A DNA stretch of 24,891 nucleotides from a virus. Lineage: Duplodnaviria; Caudoviricetes. How positions within the stretch are numbered: position 1 is the stretch's first letter; each line of letters begins with the position of its first letter. Positions 1-8,700 of the stretch are shown here, piece by piece. The position numbers were made by a program, and so were the translations under genes. The stretch spans positions 1 to 24,891 of the IMG/VR virus record IMGVR_UViG_3300047290_000145. One strand, written 5' to 3'. The notes beneath the pieces are model-generated. The model had not been told where the DNA came from. It did not search any database and worked only from the letters and a program-made list of their open reading frames with translations.

Positions 1-195
1 TGCCCCGGCAGCGATTGTTCGCTTTGCCCGATACCATTTGCTTGCTTGAAGGGCGCCCGTCCCGTCAGCAATTGAGAAGTTCAGCGAAGGCAAGGCTGTA
101 GACTGCCCGTTGATCGTGTCTGTTTGGACGGCAACGGTATCGTCTTGGGTAAGCGTCCCGTTGATCGTCATTTGGATTGTTGCGGCCAATGTCAT
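1..195 (-). CDS. Partial virion/tail-associated protein (runs off the window edge)
   Basis: Translated by hand: ATG at 195 overlaps the upstream TGA (TGATG); MTLAATIQMTINGTLTQDDTVAVQTDTINGQSTALPSLNFSIADGTGALQASKWYRAKRTIAAGA is open to base 1. Its Thr/Gly-rich composition and position after the tail terminator suggest a structural role. Confidence 0.7.
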   Translation of the reverse strand, partial: MTLAATIQMTINGTLTQDDTVAVQTDTINGQSTALPSLNFSIADGTGALQASKWYRAKRTIAAGA

Positions 196-629
196 CAGAA
201 TACCCCCTGCGTTTGAATAATAAAATTATATGTCGTTATCAAAACATCCAAAGCATCTCGTCTTTGCGGATCCATGGTCAAACCAGCTCCGCTTGGGACC
301 ATTCCGATAACCGATGCCCCATCAATTTTAATCGACCAAAGCCTCTCGCACCATACTTTAATGATTTCGGAATTGATTTTTGATCGGTCATCGTGGGAAA
401 TAGATTCGGAAGAAAAAAGGGAAATTGTAATTGCGTCCGTCGAAATCATGTATCGGTTTGCTGTCAATAATGTGTCCTGATTCTCAATCGCAATCGTAGC
501 ATACGGAGCAACGGCATTCTGATCAACGGCACCGAACCACAGACCCCCCGGGACAAGAGTATTCAATGCGGCAGATGCTTGCCACGATTCAACCAAGCCG
601 GAAACAATTTTTTCAGGAGAGATTGCCAT
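195..629 (-). CDS. Tail terminator / tail completion protein (DUF3168/gp17-like)
   Basis: 144 aa; N-terminal 'ALNTLVPGGLW...APYATI' pattern is typical of tail-completion proteins; follows the gp10-like neck gene. Confidence 0.65.
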   Translation of the reverse strand: MAISPEKIVSGLVESWQASAALNTLVPGGLWFGAVDQNAVAPYATIAIENQDTLLTANRYMISTDAITISLFSSESISHDDRSKINSEIIKVWCERLWSIKIDGASVIGMVPSGAGLTMDPQRRDALDVLITTYNFIIQTQGVF

Positions 630-1018
630 TATTTGGGCTTCCTGACAGGCATACCAATGATTGCCCCTAATTGATTCTTAAGGTCTTGTAGTGTCTTTAC
701 GAGCCCCAGCCGTTTCCGCATGACTTCCAGCACGGGACCATACCAAGCGTTGGCGTCGTACCCGACTTTGATGTCAAGCTTGTTGGTGATTTCCTGAATG
801 GAAACCGGGCTGTACGCTACGGACTTTTGAAGGAACCCAGTTCGCTTCCTTGGATATTCTCCCGGCTTGCTGGAATTCAAATGCGGAAAAGGATTGGATT
901 TCCCAAGCCGTTTTTGATGCTGCGAGCAATAGAACACCACGCAAGCCGCCATGCGCCTTCCCAATTCTTCTTTGGGATACGAGACAGCTCCGGGATTGAT
1001 CTTGATTTTAACGCCCAT
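629..1018 (-). CDS. HK97 gp10-like neck/tail component
   Basis: Basic 129 aa protein with 'SKPGEYPRKRTGFLQKS...VGY..NAWYGPVLE', matching the gp10-like S.PGE.P..RTG.L..S...Y...LE pattern; consistent synteny. Confidence 0.7.
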   Translation of the reverse strand: MGVKIKINPGAVSYPKEELGRRMAACVVFYCSQHQKRLGKSNPFPHLNSSKPGEYPRKRTGFLQKSVAYSPVSIQEITNKLDIKVGYDANAWYGPVLEVMRKRLGLVKTLQDLKNQLGAIIGMPVRKPK

Positions 1019-1689
1019 TACGAAATCCTTTCGCAGACAAACACATTCAGGTTGTCAATCGTGTTTGGTGCTTGACTGGAAATGATTTGGTACACTACGC
1101 CGGATTGATCTTGGATCCTGTCCCCCGGTTCCCAAGGGAGGAACCGCACGGAATGGATTTCATAGTTCCGCTTGGCTTGTCGCTTGCCCAATGTTTGTTC
1201 GGAATATTCTTCACTTGTTTCAATGATTTTTCCGTTTGTGGAAAATATGGTTGCGTACGAGAGTATTAGCTTTGTTCCTCCCTCGTTGACGGAATGCGGC
1301 CTTAAAAGCGTTAAGGTGTCAGTCAGGCCATATGCCAACACAATATTCTTCGATTGCACCCGCCACCAATTTCGCCAACCGTTTTGCGATACAGATTGAA
1401 TGACATATTCGTCGCCCTCTTTTGGAACGATAATGTCAGAAATTTTTGGAGAAAGTCCCGAAGGGATTTTTGCCGTTGGGATAAACCATTCAAGGTCCAT
1501 CCCAACGACCGCTCCTTGGTGTTGTGCCGGAATATCCGCTTTGGACCGATCAAACCGCTTGCAGTCGTAAATCGTATAAGGTGTTTCTGTTGTCGATGTC
1601 CGACTCACAAATCCGATAGTTTCCCGACCGTGCCAATACTGCCACGAATCAGAAACGATGTTTCGTATTTGGTCGTCGATGTTGATCAT
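1018..1689 (-). CDS. Head-closure (stopper)-like protein, apparently two tandem domains
   Basis: 223 aa; two halves each ending in a P..(S/G)D.I....G..Y.I.S motif (PKISDIIVPKEGDEYVIQSV; WEPGDRIQDQSGVVYQIISS); lies between the adaptor and the gp10-like gene. Confidence 0.55.
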   Translation of the reverse strand: MINIDDQIRNIVSDSWQYWHGRETIGFVSRTSTTETPYTIYDCKRFDRSKADIPAQHQGAVVGMDLEWFIPTAKIPSGLSPKISDIIVPKEGDEYVIQSVSQNGWRNWWRVQSKNIVLAYGLTDTLTLLRPHSVNEGGTKLILSYATIFSTNGKIIETSEEYSEQTLGKRQAKRNYEIHSVRFLPWEPGDRIQDQSGVVYQIISSQAPNTIDNLNVFVCERIS

Positions 1690-1701
1690 TTCGCCTCATA
1701 T

Positions 1702-2022
1702 TTAGACCGACAGCTCGTGATAGGTAATGTGACCACCAACGGTTGCAATCCCGGAAAGATTCAAAACTAAATTTTCACCGGGTTGGGTTTCAAACACAGA
1801 AAGCAATCCTGCCGGAACACTATCGCCGCCACCCATGGAAATAGCGGATCCAATGCTCATTGTCATTGGTCCCGTAATAGCAGTAGTTCCGGATTTGAAT
1901 GTTACGGCCACCGCTGCCGATGAAAGGATGTTGTAAAAATATACCCGGATCTTTTTGCCCACGGTTCCTGTAACAATCGTGGTATCCCCGGCTGCTGTAC
2001 AATTGACGACCGCAAACTTCAT
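1702..2022 (-). CDS. Hypothetical virion-associated beta-rich protein
   Basis: 106 aa, Thr/Gly/Val-rich, ATGA-coupled to the upstream gene within the head-completion cluster. Confidence 0.6.
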   Translation of the reverse strand: MKFAVVNCTAAGDTTIVTGTVGKKIRVYFYNILSSAAVAVTFKSGTTAITGPMTMSIGSAISMGGGDSVPAGLLSVFETQPGENLVLNLSGIATVGGHITYHELSV

Positions 2023-2234
2023 GTTTTCACCCGGGTAATGCGTTGAAAAGGTCCGTCAAGATTTTGCCGGATTTGCATCAGGACAGGCAAGGTGTCCCGA
2101 AGTCCGGTAAGGTATCCCACCATGTCAATCGTTTCGCCATTGATTGTCACGGTGGGAGATGGACTTGCCGTTAGCAGTTCAATCAACGATGTCGTTTGAG
2201 CAATTGCCGACGACATCGAATTTGCATCTGCCAT
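2019..2234 (-). CDS. Small head-tail adaptor (gpW-like)
   Basis: 71 aa with a helix-hairpin-helix layout and 'PTVTINGETID' beta-hairpin, as in lambda gpW-type adaptors; located just after the capsid gene. Confidence 0.55.
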   Translation of the reverse strand: MADANSMSSAIAQTTSLIELLTASPSPTVTINGETIDMVGYLTGLRDTLPVLMQIRQNLDGPFQRITRVKT

Positions 2235-2237
2235 TAC

Positions 2238-2450
2238 TTATGCCTCTGTGATTGTCAAATCCGAATCAGGGCGTGCCGGGCTTAATGCCAGCAATTGTTT
2301 GTAGACATAAGCCGCCATAGTTTCGTCATACGCCTCGATCAAACGACGAGGAAGGCCTTTGTAAGAGACATAATACATCTTCGCCTCTTTATTGGCCAAA
2401 GGGGCTGATTCTTCAGCCCCTCGTACAACTTTAACTTTTGTCGAACTCAT
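2238..2450 (-). CDS. Hypothetical protein downstream of major capsid
   Basis: 70 aa ORF whose start overlaps the capsid gene stop (TAATG). Confidence 0.65.
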   Translation of the reverse strand: MSSTKVKVVRGAEESAPLANKEAKMYYVSYKGLPRRLIEAYDETMAAYVYKQLLALSPARPDSDLTITEA

Positions 2451-3790
2451 TAGTTCTTGCTCCGGACCACATAGTGCGGATCCCAGACCGAAGGGATACC
2501 CCGCTCGTTGGCAAAATATGTCGCAACGATGCCCTTGTCAAGCATTTCGTATTGGTTGGGGGCCGCTTGGGTAACGGTAAGCGGGTAAGCCTGCATATAG
2601 CGGAAGGGCTTCCCGGCTTCGAGCACCCAGAAATATTGATCGGCATTGGCTTGGGACAGGTTGAGGCCGTCCGCATCAGTACAACGCTGATCGAGCAGGG
2701 GGCTCGATGCAATCTCAAACTGCCCAGCGAACGGGTTAGACCCGCTCACAGAGATGTTTAGGCTGCTTCCGGTTGACATGGTAGCACCCGGAGTGGTTCT
2801 CCGTTCGGTGCTGGTTGCCCCAAGGATCAATTGCAAGGTGGCAAGAGCTGCCGGATTGCAAACAATCATGTTGGGTTGGGTCAACAAGCGTTTCCCGGTA
2901 TGGGGGTCCGCCATATCCTTGAACTTCATCATGACGGCGTTGATGGAGGTCCAGTCAAGCAGCGGGTTAGAGAAGTCGTTAAGGTAACCCAAGGTGCTAG
3001 TTGTCACATAGGTGTTATAAACGGTCCCGTTGTATTTGTAGGTGCTGTTGTTAACACCCGCAAACACATCGAGAACACGCAGTTCCTTGCGATAACCCAG
3101 TTCCTTGCCGATGTCTCCAGCTACTCGCAGGATTTCGCCCGTAAGGTCGCTAAACACGGTTTCCTTGTTAACATCAATCGCCAAGGCGTGTTCTTCGGTT
3201 TCGGGCGTTTCTACCCAACGCTCCGAAAAGCTTGCCCTTTCGGTAGCTTGACCCGGCAATCGCTTGCGGGCCCTGTCACCGATTTGGGTCACGCCGATGA
3301 TTTTCTGCCCACCCAACATTTTGGTAGGTTCGGCAGGAGCAATTTTATCGGCGATAAACGCCGGGTTGTTATAGGTCTCAAGGATTTTCACCTCCACGAG
3401 TCCGCCCACGATAGCGGTGAAAGTGTTGATGTTGAGGAACGAAGTTGGATCAACCCCAATTCCGTTGGCTTCCAAAAGGGAGCGTCCCGAATTCTCCATC
3501 AACGATTGATGGCGGTTGTATCGTGCAAGGGAGGAAAGCTGCGAAGGGTCCATCCAAGCGGACCAAGATGGTCCGATGATGGATTCTGCAAGGTCCCGAA
3601 TGCTGAACTGCTCCGGACGCAGCTTTCGTTCACCCAAGCGGATGTTTCCAGCATGGTCCCGAAGGGGCTGTCCATTTGCGCCGTTAAGGCCCATTTCCTT
3701 TCGGATTTCCTCAACAAATGCAACCCGGCCTGAAGGCCTTCTACAGGCACTTTGAAAAGCTTCAGACAAATTCATCTTGTTAACAATCAT
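2450..3790 (-). CDS. Major capsid protein (HK97 fold) with probable cleaved N-terminal region
   Basis: 446 aa; strong GGAGG RBS; follows the protease and decoration genes; C-terminal 'FANERGIPSVWDPHYVVRS' resembles the ends of HK97-fold capsid proteins. Confidence 0.85.
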   Translation of the reverse strand: MIVNKMNLSEAFQSACRRPSGRVAFVEEIRKEMGLNGANGQPLRDHAGNIRLGERKLRPEQFSIRDLAESIIGPSWSAWMDPSQLSSLARYNRHQSLMENSGRSLLEANGIGVDPTSFLNINTFTAIVGGLVEVKILETYNNPAFIADKIAPAEPTKMLGGQKIIGVTQIGDRARKRLPGQATERASFSERWVETPETEEHALAIDVNKETVFSDLTGEILRVAGDIGKELGYRKELRVLDVFAGVNNSTYKYNGTVYNTYVTTSTLGYLNDFSNPLLDWTSINAVMMKFKDMADPHTGKRLLTQPNMIVCNPAALATLQLILGATSTERRTTPGATMSTGSSLNISVSGSNPFAGQFEIASSPLLDQRCTDADGLNLSQANADQYFWVLEAGKPFRYMQAYPLTVTQAAPNQYEMLDKGIVATYFANERGIPSVWDPHYVVRSKN

Positions 3791-3816
3791 TGCATTTCCT
3801 CCATTATTCGGTTATG

Positions 3817-4335
3817 TTATCGTGCGAACAGCACAGGAGACCAAAGGCCGACAATCCTAATTCGGACCCTAGTGGTAGCGCTGGCATATCGTTGGATGAC
3901 ATACCCAATCGCTTCGCCAGTCGTTGTGGTTTTGGCTACTTTTTGGTTTTCAATTTTTCCGGTTCCGGTTCCAGCGTTAACCACAACGGAAACCTTATCG
4001 CCGGGCTCAAATGTGGCGCTGGCACAATCAGCCTCGTAAATGCAATCTTGAACCGCCACGAGGTCTTCTGAGTTAAAAGCCGGGTAACCCGTTGTGGTAT
4101 CTGCCGCAAGTTTGCCAAGAGCGAACACGCCTGCAAATGCCGCACCCAATGTAGCCCTGTCAGTCGCAGCCGTTCCGGTTGCGCTGAATTGGTCCATCGG
4201 TTTCAGCAATTTGTTGGTGCTGTCCCAGTAGCACAGGTCACCCTTGGAAATGGCAACCGATGCTACCGCAGGAGCATTGACATCGGTGTCATTCTGAGGC
4301 TTTACGAAACGAAATCCGCCGTTGATTGTTCCCAT
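3817..4335 (-). CDS. Head decoration / capsid cement protein
   Basis: 172 aa, Ala/Thr/Gly-rich; 'AISKGDLCYWD', 'ATFEPGDKV' and 'AIGYV' are decoration-type motifs; between protease and capsid; AGGAG RBS. Confidence 0.7.
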   Translation of the reverse strand: MGTINGGFRFVKPQNDTDVNAPAVASVAISKGDLCYWDSTNKLLKPMDQFSATGTAATDRATLGAAFAGVFALGKLAADTTTGYPAFNSEDLVAVQDCIYEADCASATFEPGDKVSVVVNAGTGTGKIENQKVAKTTTTGEAIGYVIQRYASATTRVRIRIVGLWSPVLFAR

Positions 4336-4353
4336 TGGTATTTTCTCCTAAAA

Positions 4354-5451
4354 TTAGCTCAAAAGGTAAGAAGAAAGCGATTGGCCTTTGCGTGGCTCCG
4401 ATGATTCCATGAAAGGCATTCCGCTTTTGGGTTTGCTTGCTCGTTGAGCGTCAGCCAGTTTTTTGACATACCGCATTTGGGCATCTTCGGAAAGCTGCTT
4501 GAGGTCGCTCACAAGCTCCTTGGTTGGGCGGATTCCCTGACTTTCGCAAAGGGCCCGAACACGGAGAGTCTTTTTGCTTTCGGCAAGTTGGTGTTCTAAC
4601 TTGCCTAATCTGCGACGCAACACAAGAACATCCTTGGATTCCTTGGTGCTGCACATTTCTTCGGTATCTTTTTTCTTTTCGGGATCTTCGGAATCGCCTT
4701 CGGCTTCTTCCATATCCTTCTTTTCTTCATCGTCTTTCGACATTTCGCCATCAGCTTCCATGGCGTCCTTTTCGTCCTTGGACGATTCAGCGCCATCGGA
4801 TTCCATGCTGTTGTCTTCTTCCGAATCGCAGCTATCGCAAGCCATTTTGATAGCGTCCAATTTGGCCGCATCGTCCATGTCGCCATTCAGGATTTCGCTG
4901 ATCTTATCGCTTAACATTTTGGGTTCTCCTTTGATTGCCTCTGTAATAACAAAGTTCCTGATCTTGCTTTCGGCAAGGCTTCGTGTCGTTGCTGGATCCG
5001 CTACAAGGTCCACATGACGAACATCGGTGATTCTGCGGATGACAAGAACGCCGTCCTTGTCTTCTTCGCCTTCGCCTTGAGCATTGTGGGAAAGCCCGTA
5101 AGCATCTGGCATTCGTTCTGCCGCTTCGCAAATCGATTCAGCCATAGGCCTTGACATGAGTAGCTGAAGGTTTCCGTATAGTCCCTTGCCTTCAACATAA
5201 CGAATGTTGGTCAATTTTCCGATTCGATCTTCGGCCCGTCTTGATTGAGCCGGATCCCCTTCGGGATGATCCAAATTGACTTTAATTCCTTCGTACAAGG
5301 ATTTTGCAGCTTTTACCGCTTCTGGGAGATAGCGTCTGTTGTTTTCGCTATCGAATCCTAGGATTTTGACATTGTAAATCGTGCCCGTATTGCGATCAAC
5401 TCGCAATCCGCCTGTAAAAGGCTTGCCGATTTTTACATCTGTGCTTGGCAT
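4354..5451 (-). CDS. Prohead protease fused to an acidic scaffold region
   Basis: Start moved to ATG 5451 (MPSTDVK). Motifs S.NNRRY, 'NLDHP' (His), 'GLSHNA' (Ser) and 'VDLVADPAT' are typical of phage prohead serine proteases; the C-terminal half is D/E/K-rich and coiled-coil-like. Confidence 0.8.
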   Translation of the reverse strand: MPSTDVKIGKPFTGGLRVDRNTGTIYNVKILGFDSENNRRYLPEAVKAAKSLYEGIKVNLDHPEGDPAQSRRAEDRIGKLTNIRYVEGKGLYGNLQLLMSRPMAESICEAAERMPDAYGLSHNAQGEGEEDKDGVLVIRRITDVRHVDLVADPATTRSLAESKIRNFVITEAIKGEPKMLSDKISEILNGDMDDAAKLDAIKMACDSCDSEEDNSMESDGAESSKDEKDAMEADGEMSKDDEEKKDMEEAEGDSEDPEKKKDTEEMCSTKESKDVLVLRRRLGKLEHQLAESKKTLRVRALCESQGIRPTKELVSDLKQLSEDAQMRYVKKLADAQRASKPKSGMPFMESSEPRKGQSLSSYLLS

Positions 5452-5458
5452 AAGTTTA

Positions 5459-5734
5459 TTATCGCACGCTATTTGGCAGAATGTCAAGGGAGGCAGACCG
5501 GGGCAACCTGTTGGAGTCAACCCAATTTCGATAATTATTGAACGCAATCCTTACATTAGGATCTGAGATTTCCCCTGATCCTCCACGGAAATTCCCAAGA
5601 AAAATATTTCCTTTTGCATCTGGCGACCTTGTGTCGTCATGGAATGTTCCCAGCGTTCCATCGGAAAATATTAGTGCCGCAACGGGCCTGTTTCCTTGGT
5701 CCCGAAAAGCTCTTGCAAAAATCAGATTAGCCAT
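5459..5734 (-). CDS. Small hypothetical protein, candidate immunity/partner of the MuF effector
   Basis: Start moved to ATG 5734 (MANLIFARAFRDQ, 91 aa), overlapping the MuF stop; the immunity role is inferred from position only. Confidence 0.55.
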   Translation of the reverse strand: MANLIFARAFRDQGNRPVAALIFSDGTLGTFHDDTRSPDAKGNIFLGNFRGGSGEISDPNVRIAFNNYRNWVDSNRLPRSASLDILPNSVR

Positions 5735-8700
5735 GTGCGTTCTTCCAATTAAGAGAATGTGATGAAAATAACTTTTTTGCACTTCCCCAAGATTTTGCCC
5801 CATACCCATGAGCCATAACAATAAGCTCATTTTCTTCATTGTTCAAAAATGTTGGTTTACTAACATCTCCAATATTCCTTCCAAAAAGATAGGAAGAAAA
5901 CACCCTATGATGCGGGACTTCGATTTGAATAAGGTCTTCGTTGTGAACTTCAACCGTCCGAAATGATGCGTAAGATTCGGCAACTCCGGGATTAAATTCA
6001 TCAGCAGGAATGTTATTTGGGGAATCCCATCGCTCTGCTTGCAACTTGCTTTGATCCTTGAATGCTTGTTTTGTTTCTGTTCGATAAACAGACACAAACC
6101 CTTGCGCCCGATTATTCCCAAGCATATCAGTATTGCGAAGAAGTTCTGAGGTCAATGCGTGCATAGATGACATCGTTGTCCGATATTTTTGATAGCCTTG
6201 TTCGTCCAGTCCTGTTTCCAGCATAAATTTCTTTTTGTCTGCGGTTTTGTGCTTTGCGTAACTTTGTGAAAAATCAGCCCCCGGCTGAACGGATTGCATA
6301 AACAGTTTAAACTTGTTTGATGTTTTTGAGTTTGAACTAAGGCCTTGTCCTTGCCCATATTGTACGAATTCGTTCCAATCTCCGCCATTGGCTTCCATGT
6401 ATTTTCGCCATTGGTCTGTAATTCCTCCATAGTCACGCAGGTTGTCAAAAAGTTTTTTATTTTCATCTCTAACTTCAACATTTCCACTTCGCATTCCATC
6501 CAAACTAAAATCGCCCAGTCGCTTGGGTAAATTTCCGGTAATTTTCAGGCGTCTAAGATTTTGTTGATGCCGGGTGAAATCCTTGGCATATTCTGGATCG
6601 TATCCATCATTAACCAATGTTCTAGAAGTTGCGGCAATGTCCCGCATCTGCTCAATTCGTTTTTCCAGAATATCTTTGTGTTCGGCAGGAGTCGCCTTGA
6701 GAATTTCTTCTTTGGATTTGACGATTTTTTCCATTTGCTCCACGGTATCCATCCAAGGCATTTGTCCGTAAATCTGTGCCGCTTTCCCTTGTGCATCAGA
6801 TTTGGTAGCGTTTCTTGGATCGCTCATGGACCAAAGTTCCGTCGGGTGGGCGTCCCATTGGTCGGAAGTTTTCTTTTGCCCTTGGGCCCGGAAGGCCAAG
6901 GCTCCGCCATTGTCAATTCGATAAGGTGTTCCGTCTTTTCCGACAATAATATTGTCTGCGGACATTCCGATAACATCCCAATTCCCTAATAGAGCATCGG
7001 CTGCGAAATTGGCTTGGATCTTTTTCTGGACATCAGGATCGCTGAACTTTTTGTCTAAGGTTTCCCCGTCAATATGTTCTGCGATTTTAGTCAGCGCCCC
7101 GCCTGTGCTGTAAAGCTTTGACGCAGGAACCGGGACCCCAAGGGCTGCATAAAGTGCATCGGCATCGGCTTCGGATTGAATATGGTCCCGAGACGCCCCC
7201 AACTTTCGCACCCATTTTTTTCCAGTTTCATCCGTAACAAGATCCGCTCCCGTGCTTCCCCCAAGCCGTTTGCCTTGGGTAAGCTTTTCAAGGCTTGGAA
7301 AATCCTTGCGTGTTTCAAAGCGGGAAACAGGAACTACAAGGGAAAGGTCATTGTGCGGAACAAAGGCTTTGTGATTGCCGTTAGAATCCGTGAGGCCAAT
7401 TGCTGGCTTTGGAGCGCCCGGAATTGTGGGAACATTCCACATATTAGGATCGTGTTCGGCTTCGTCACTTTTGTTTTTCAATACAGCCAGCAAACGATCT
7501 TTCATTTCTTTTTTTGCGCTTATAAGGGTTTGTTGCCCGGCTGAAGCTGGCGGAGGAAGATTTTTTATCTTTATCTCTGGCAATGTCGCTGGAGGTTTGG
7601 CCGGGATAATGTTTTGCGGAACCATCGGAACAGTAGGAATAGGAGCAGAAGCAGCAGCAGCAGGAACCGAAGGCAAAGACGAAGCTACTGATGGATTGTA
7701 CTTATACAAAGCAATCATTGTTGCCGGATCATACGAACTGCTCGATGATACTTCTCCAGTTTTTTTGTCAATATATTTCCAAGGGAAAATTGCTCCTGTT
7801 GGCAAATCGTTAAAATGAACAAAATGAACTGTCCAATCGTTTGGGTTATAAATTGCCTCGTATCCAGACATATGGAATGGCGCTGATTTTTTTAAATCAT
7901 TTAGACTGTTGTTGTATTTATAAACCGGGTGTTTCCCACCTACTCCGGGTAAGCCAGAAGCCCCTGCTGACAATGTTCCAAATCCTTTAGGCAAAGAAAC
8001 AGGGGCAGAAGCCTGTGGAGCTGGAGTAGGAGCAGAAGGCGTTGTAATAGGCGGCTTTTTGTAGGTGTAAGCCATTCCATATTTTTTTGCCGAAATCGGA
8101 ACATCTGCGCTGCTTACGATAAAAAGGTCTCCGGTGTCGTCATCGGAAACAACAGAATATCCTGAAGGAATGACTTTCATGTCACCAATATTTTTCGAGG
8201 TCCAAGCATAAACGGGAGCTGTTGTTTTGAACCTTGGCTTTTTGGAATGAAGAACCAATCCGGGTGGAGGCCCCGAAGGTGGGGGTGGAGGCGAGGTTGG
8301 AGTCGGGCTTGGATTTTTAGGAATTATTGCTACTTTGCCACTATAGGTAGCGTACGAAGGCACATCGGTATAATTCACTACCAATGCTTCAAACGGGAAG
8401 GCTCCCGTGTAAAGGGCCAATGTATAGCCTGCGGGGACAAGGTCTGGCGGAATGGTTTGCTGCTTGCCTTGTTGGAGTCCGTTGTAAACCGGGTACATTG
8501 TATCGAAGTCTAATTTTCCGGTAAAAATAGGCAATGTGATTGGAGCAGGTGACGAGACGGGTATGTTGGTAGCTGGAGCAGGAATAGAAGCTATGTTGGG
8601 AGCTATGTTGGGAGCTATGTTGGGAGCAGGGGCGATGATTTGCTTTGCCGTGGAGACGATGCTTGGCGCTGTGATTGGTGCTGTCATTCCTGCCACATTG

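Noticed and set aside
106-168. 12-bp direct repeat CCCGTTGATCGT
   Set aside because: Explained by a repeated TING peptide in the coding frame.
2831-3733. 300-aa plus-strand ORF, and the other plus-strand ORFs in the track
   Set aside because: They lie antisense to well-supported minus-strand genes and have no recognisable motifs; treated as shadow ORFs.
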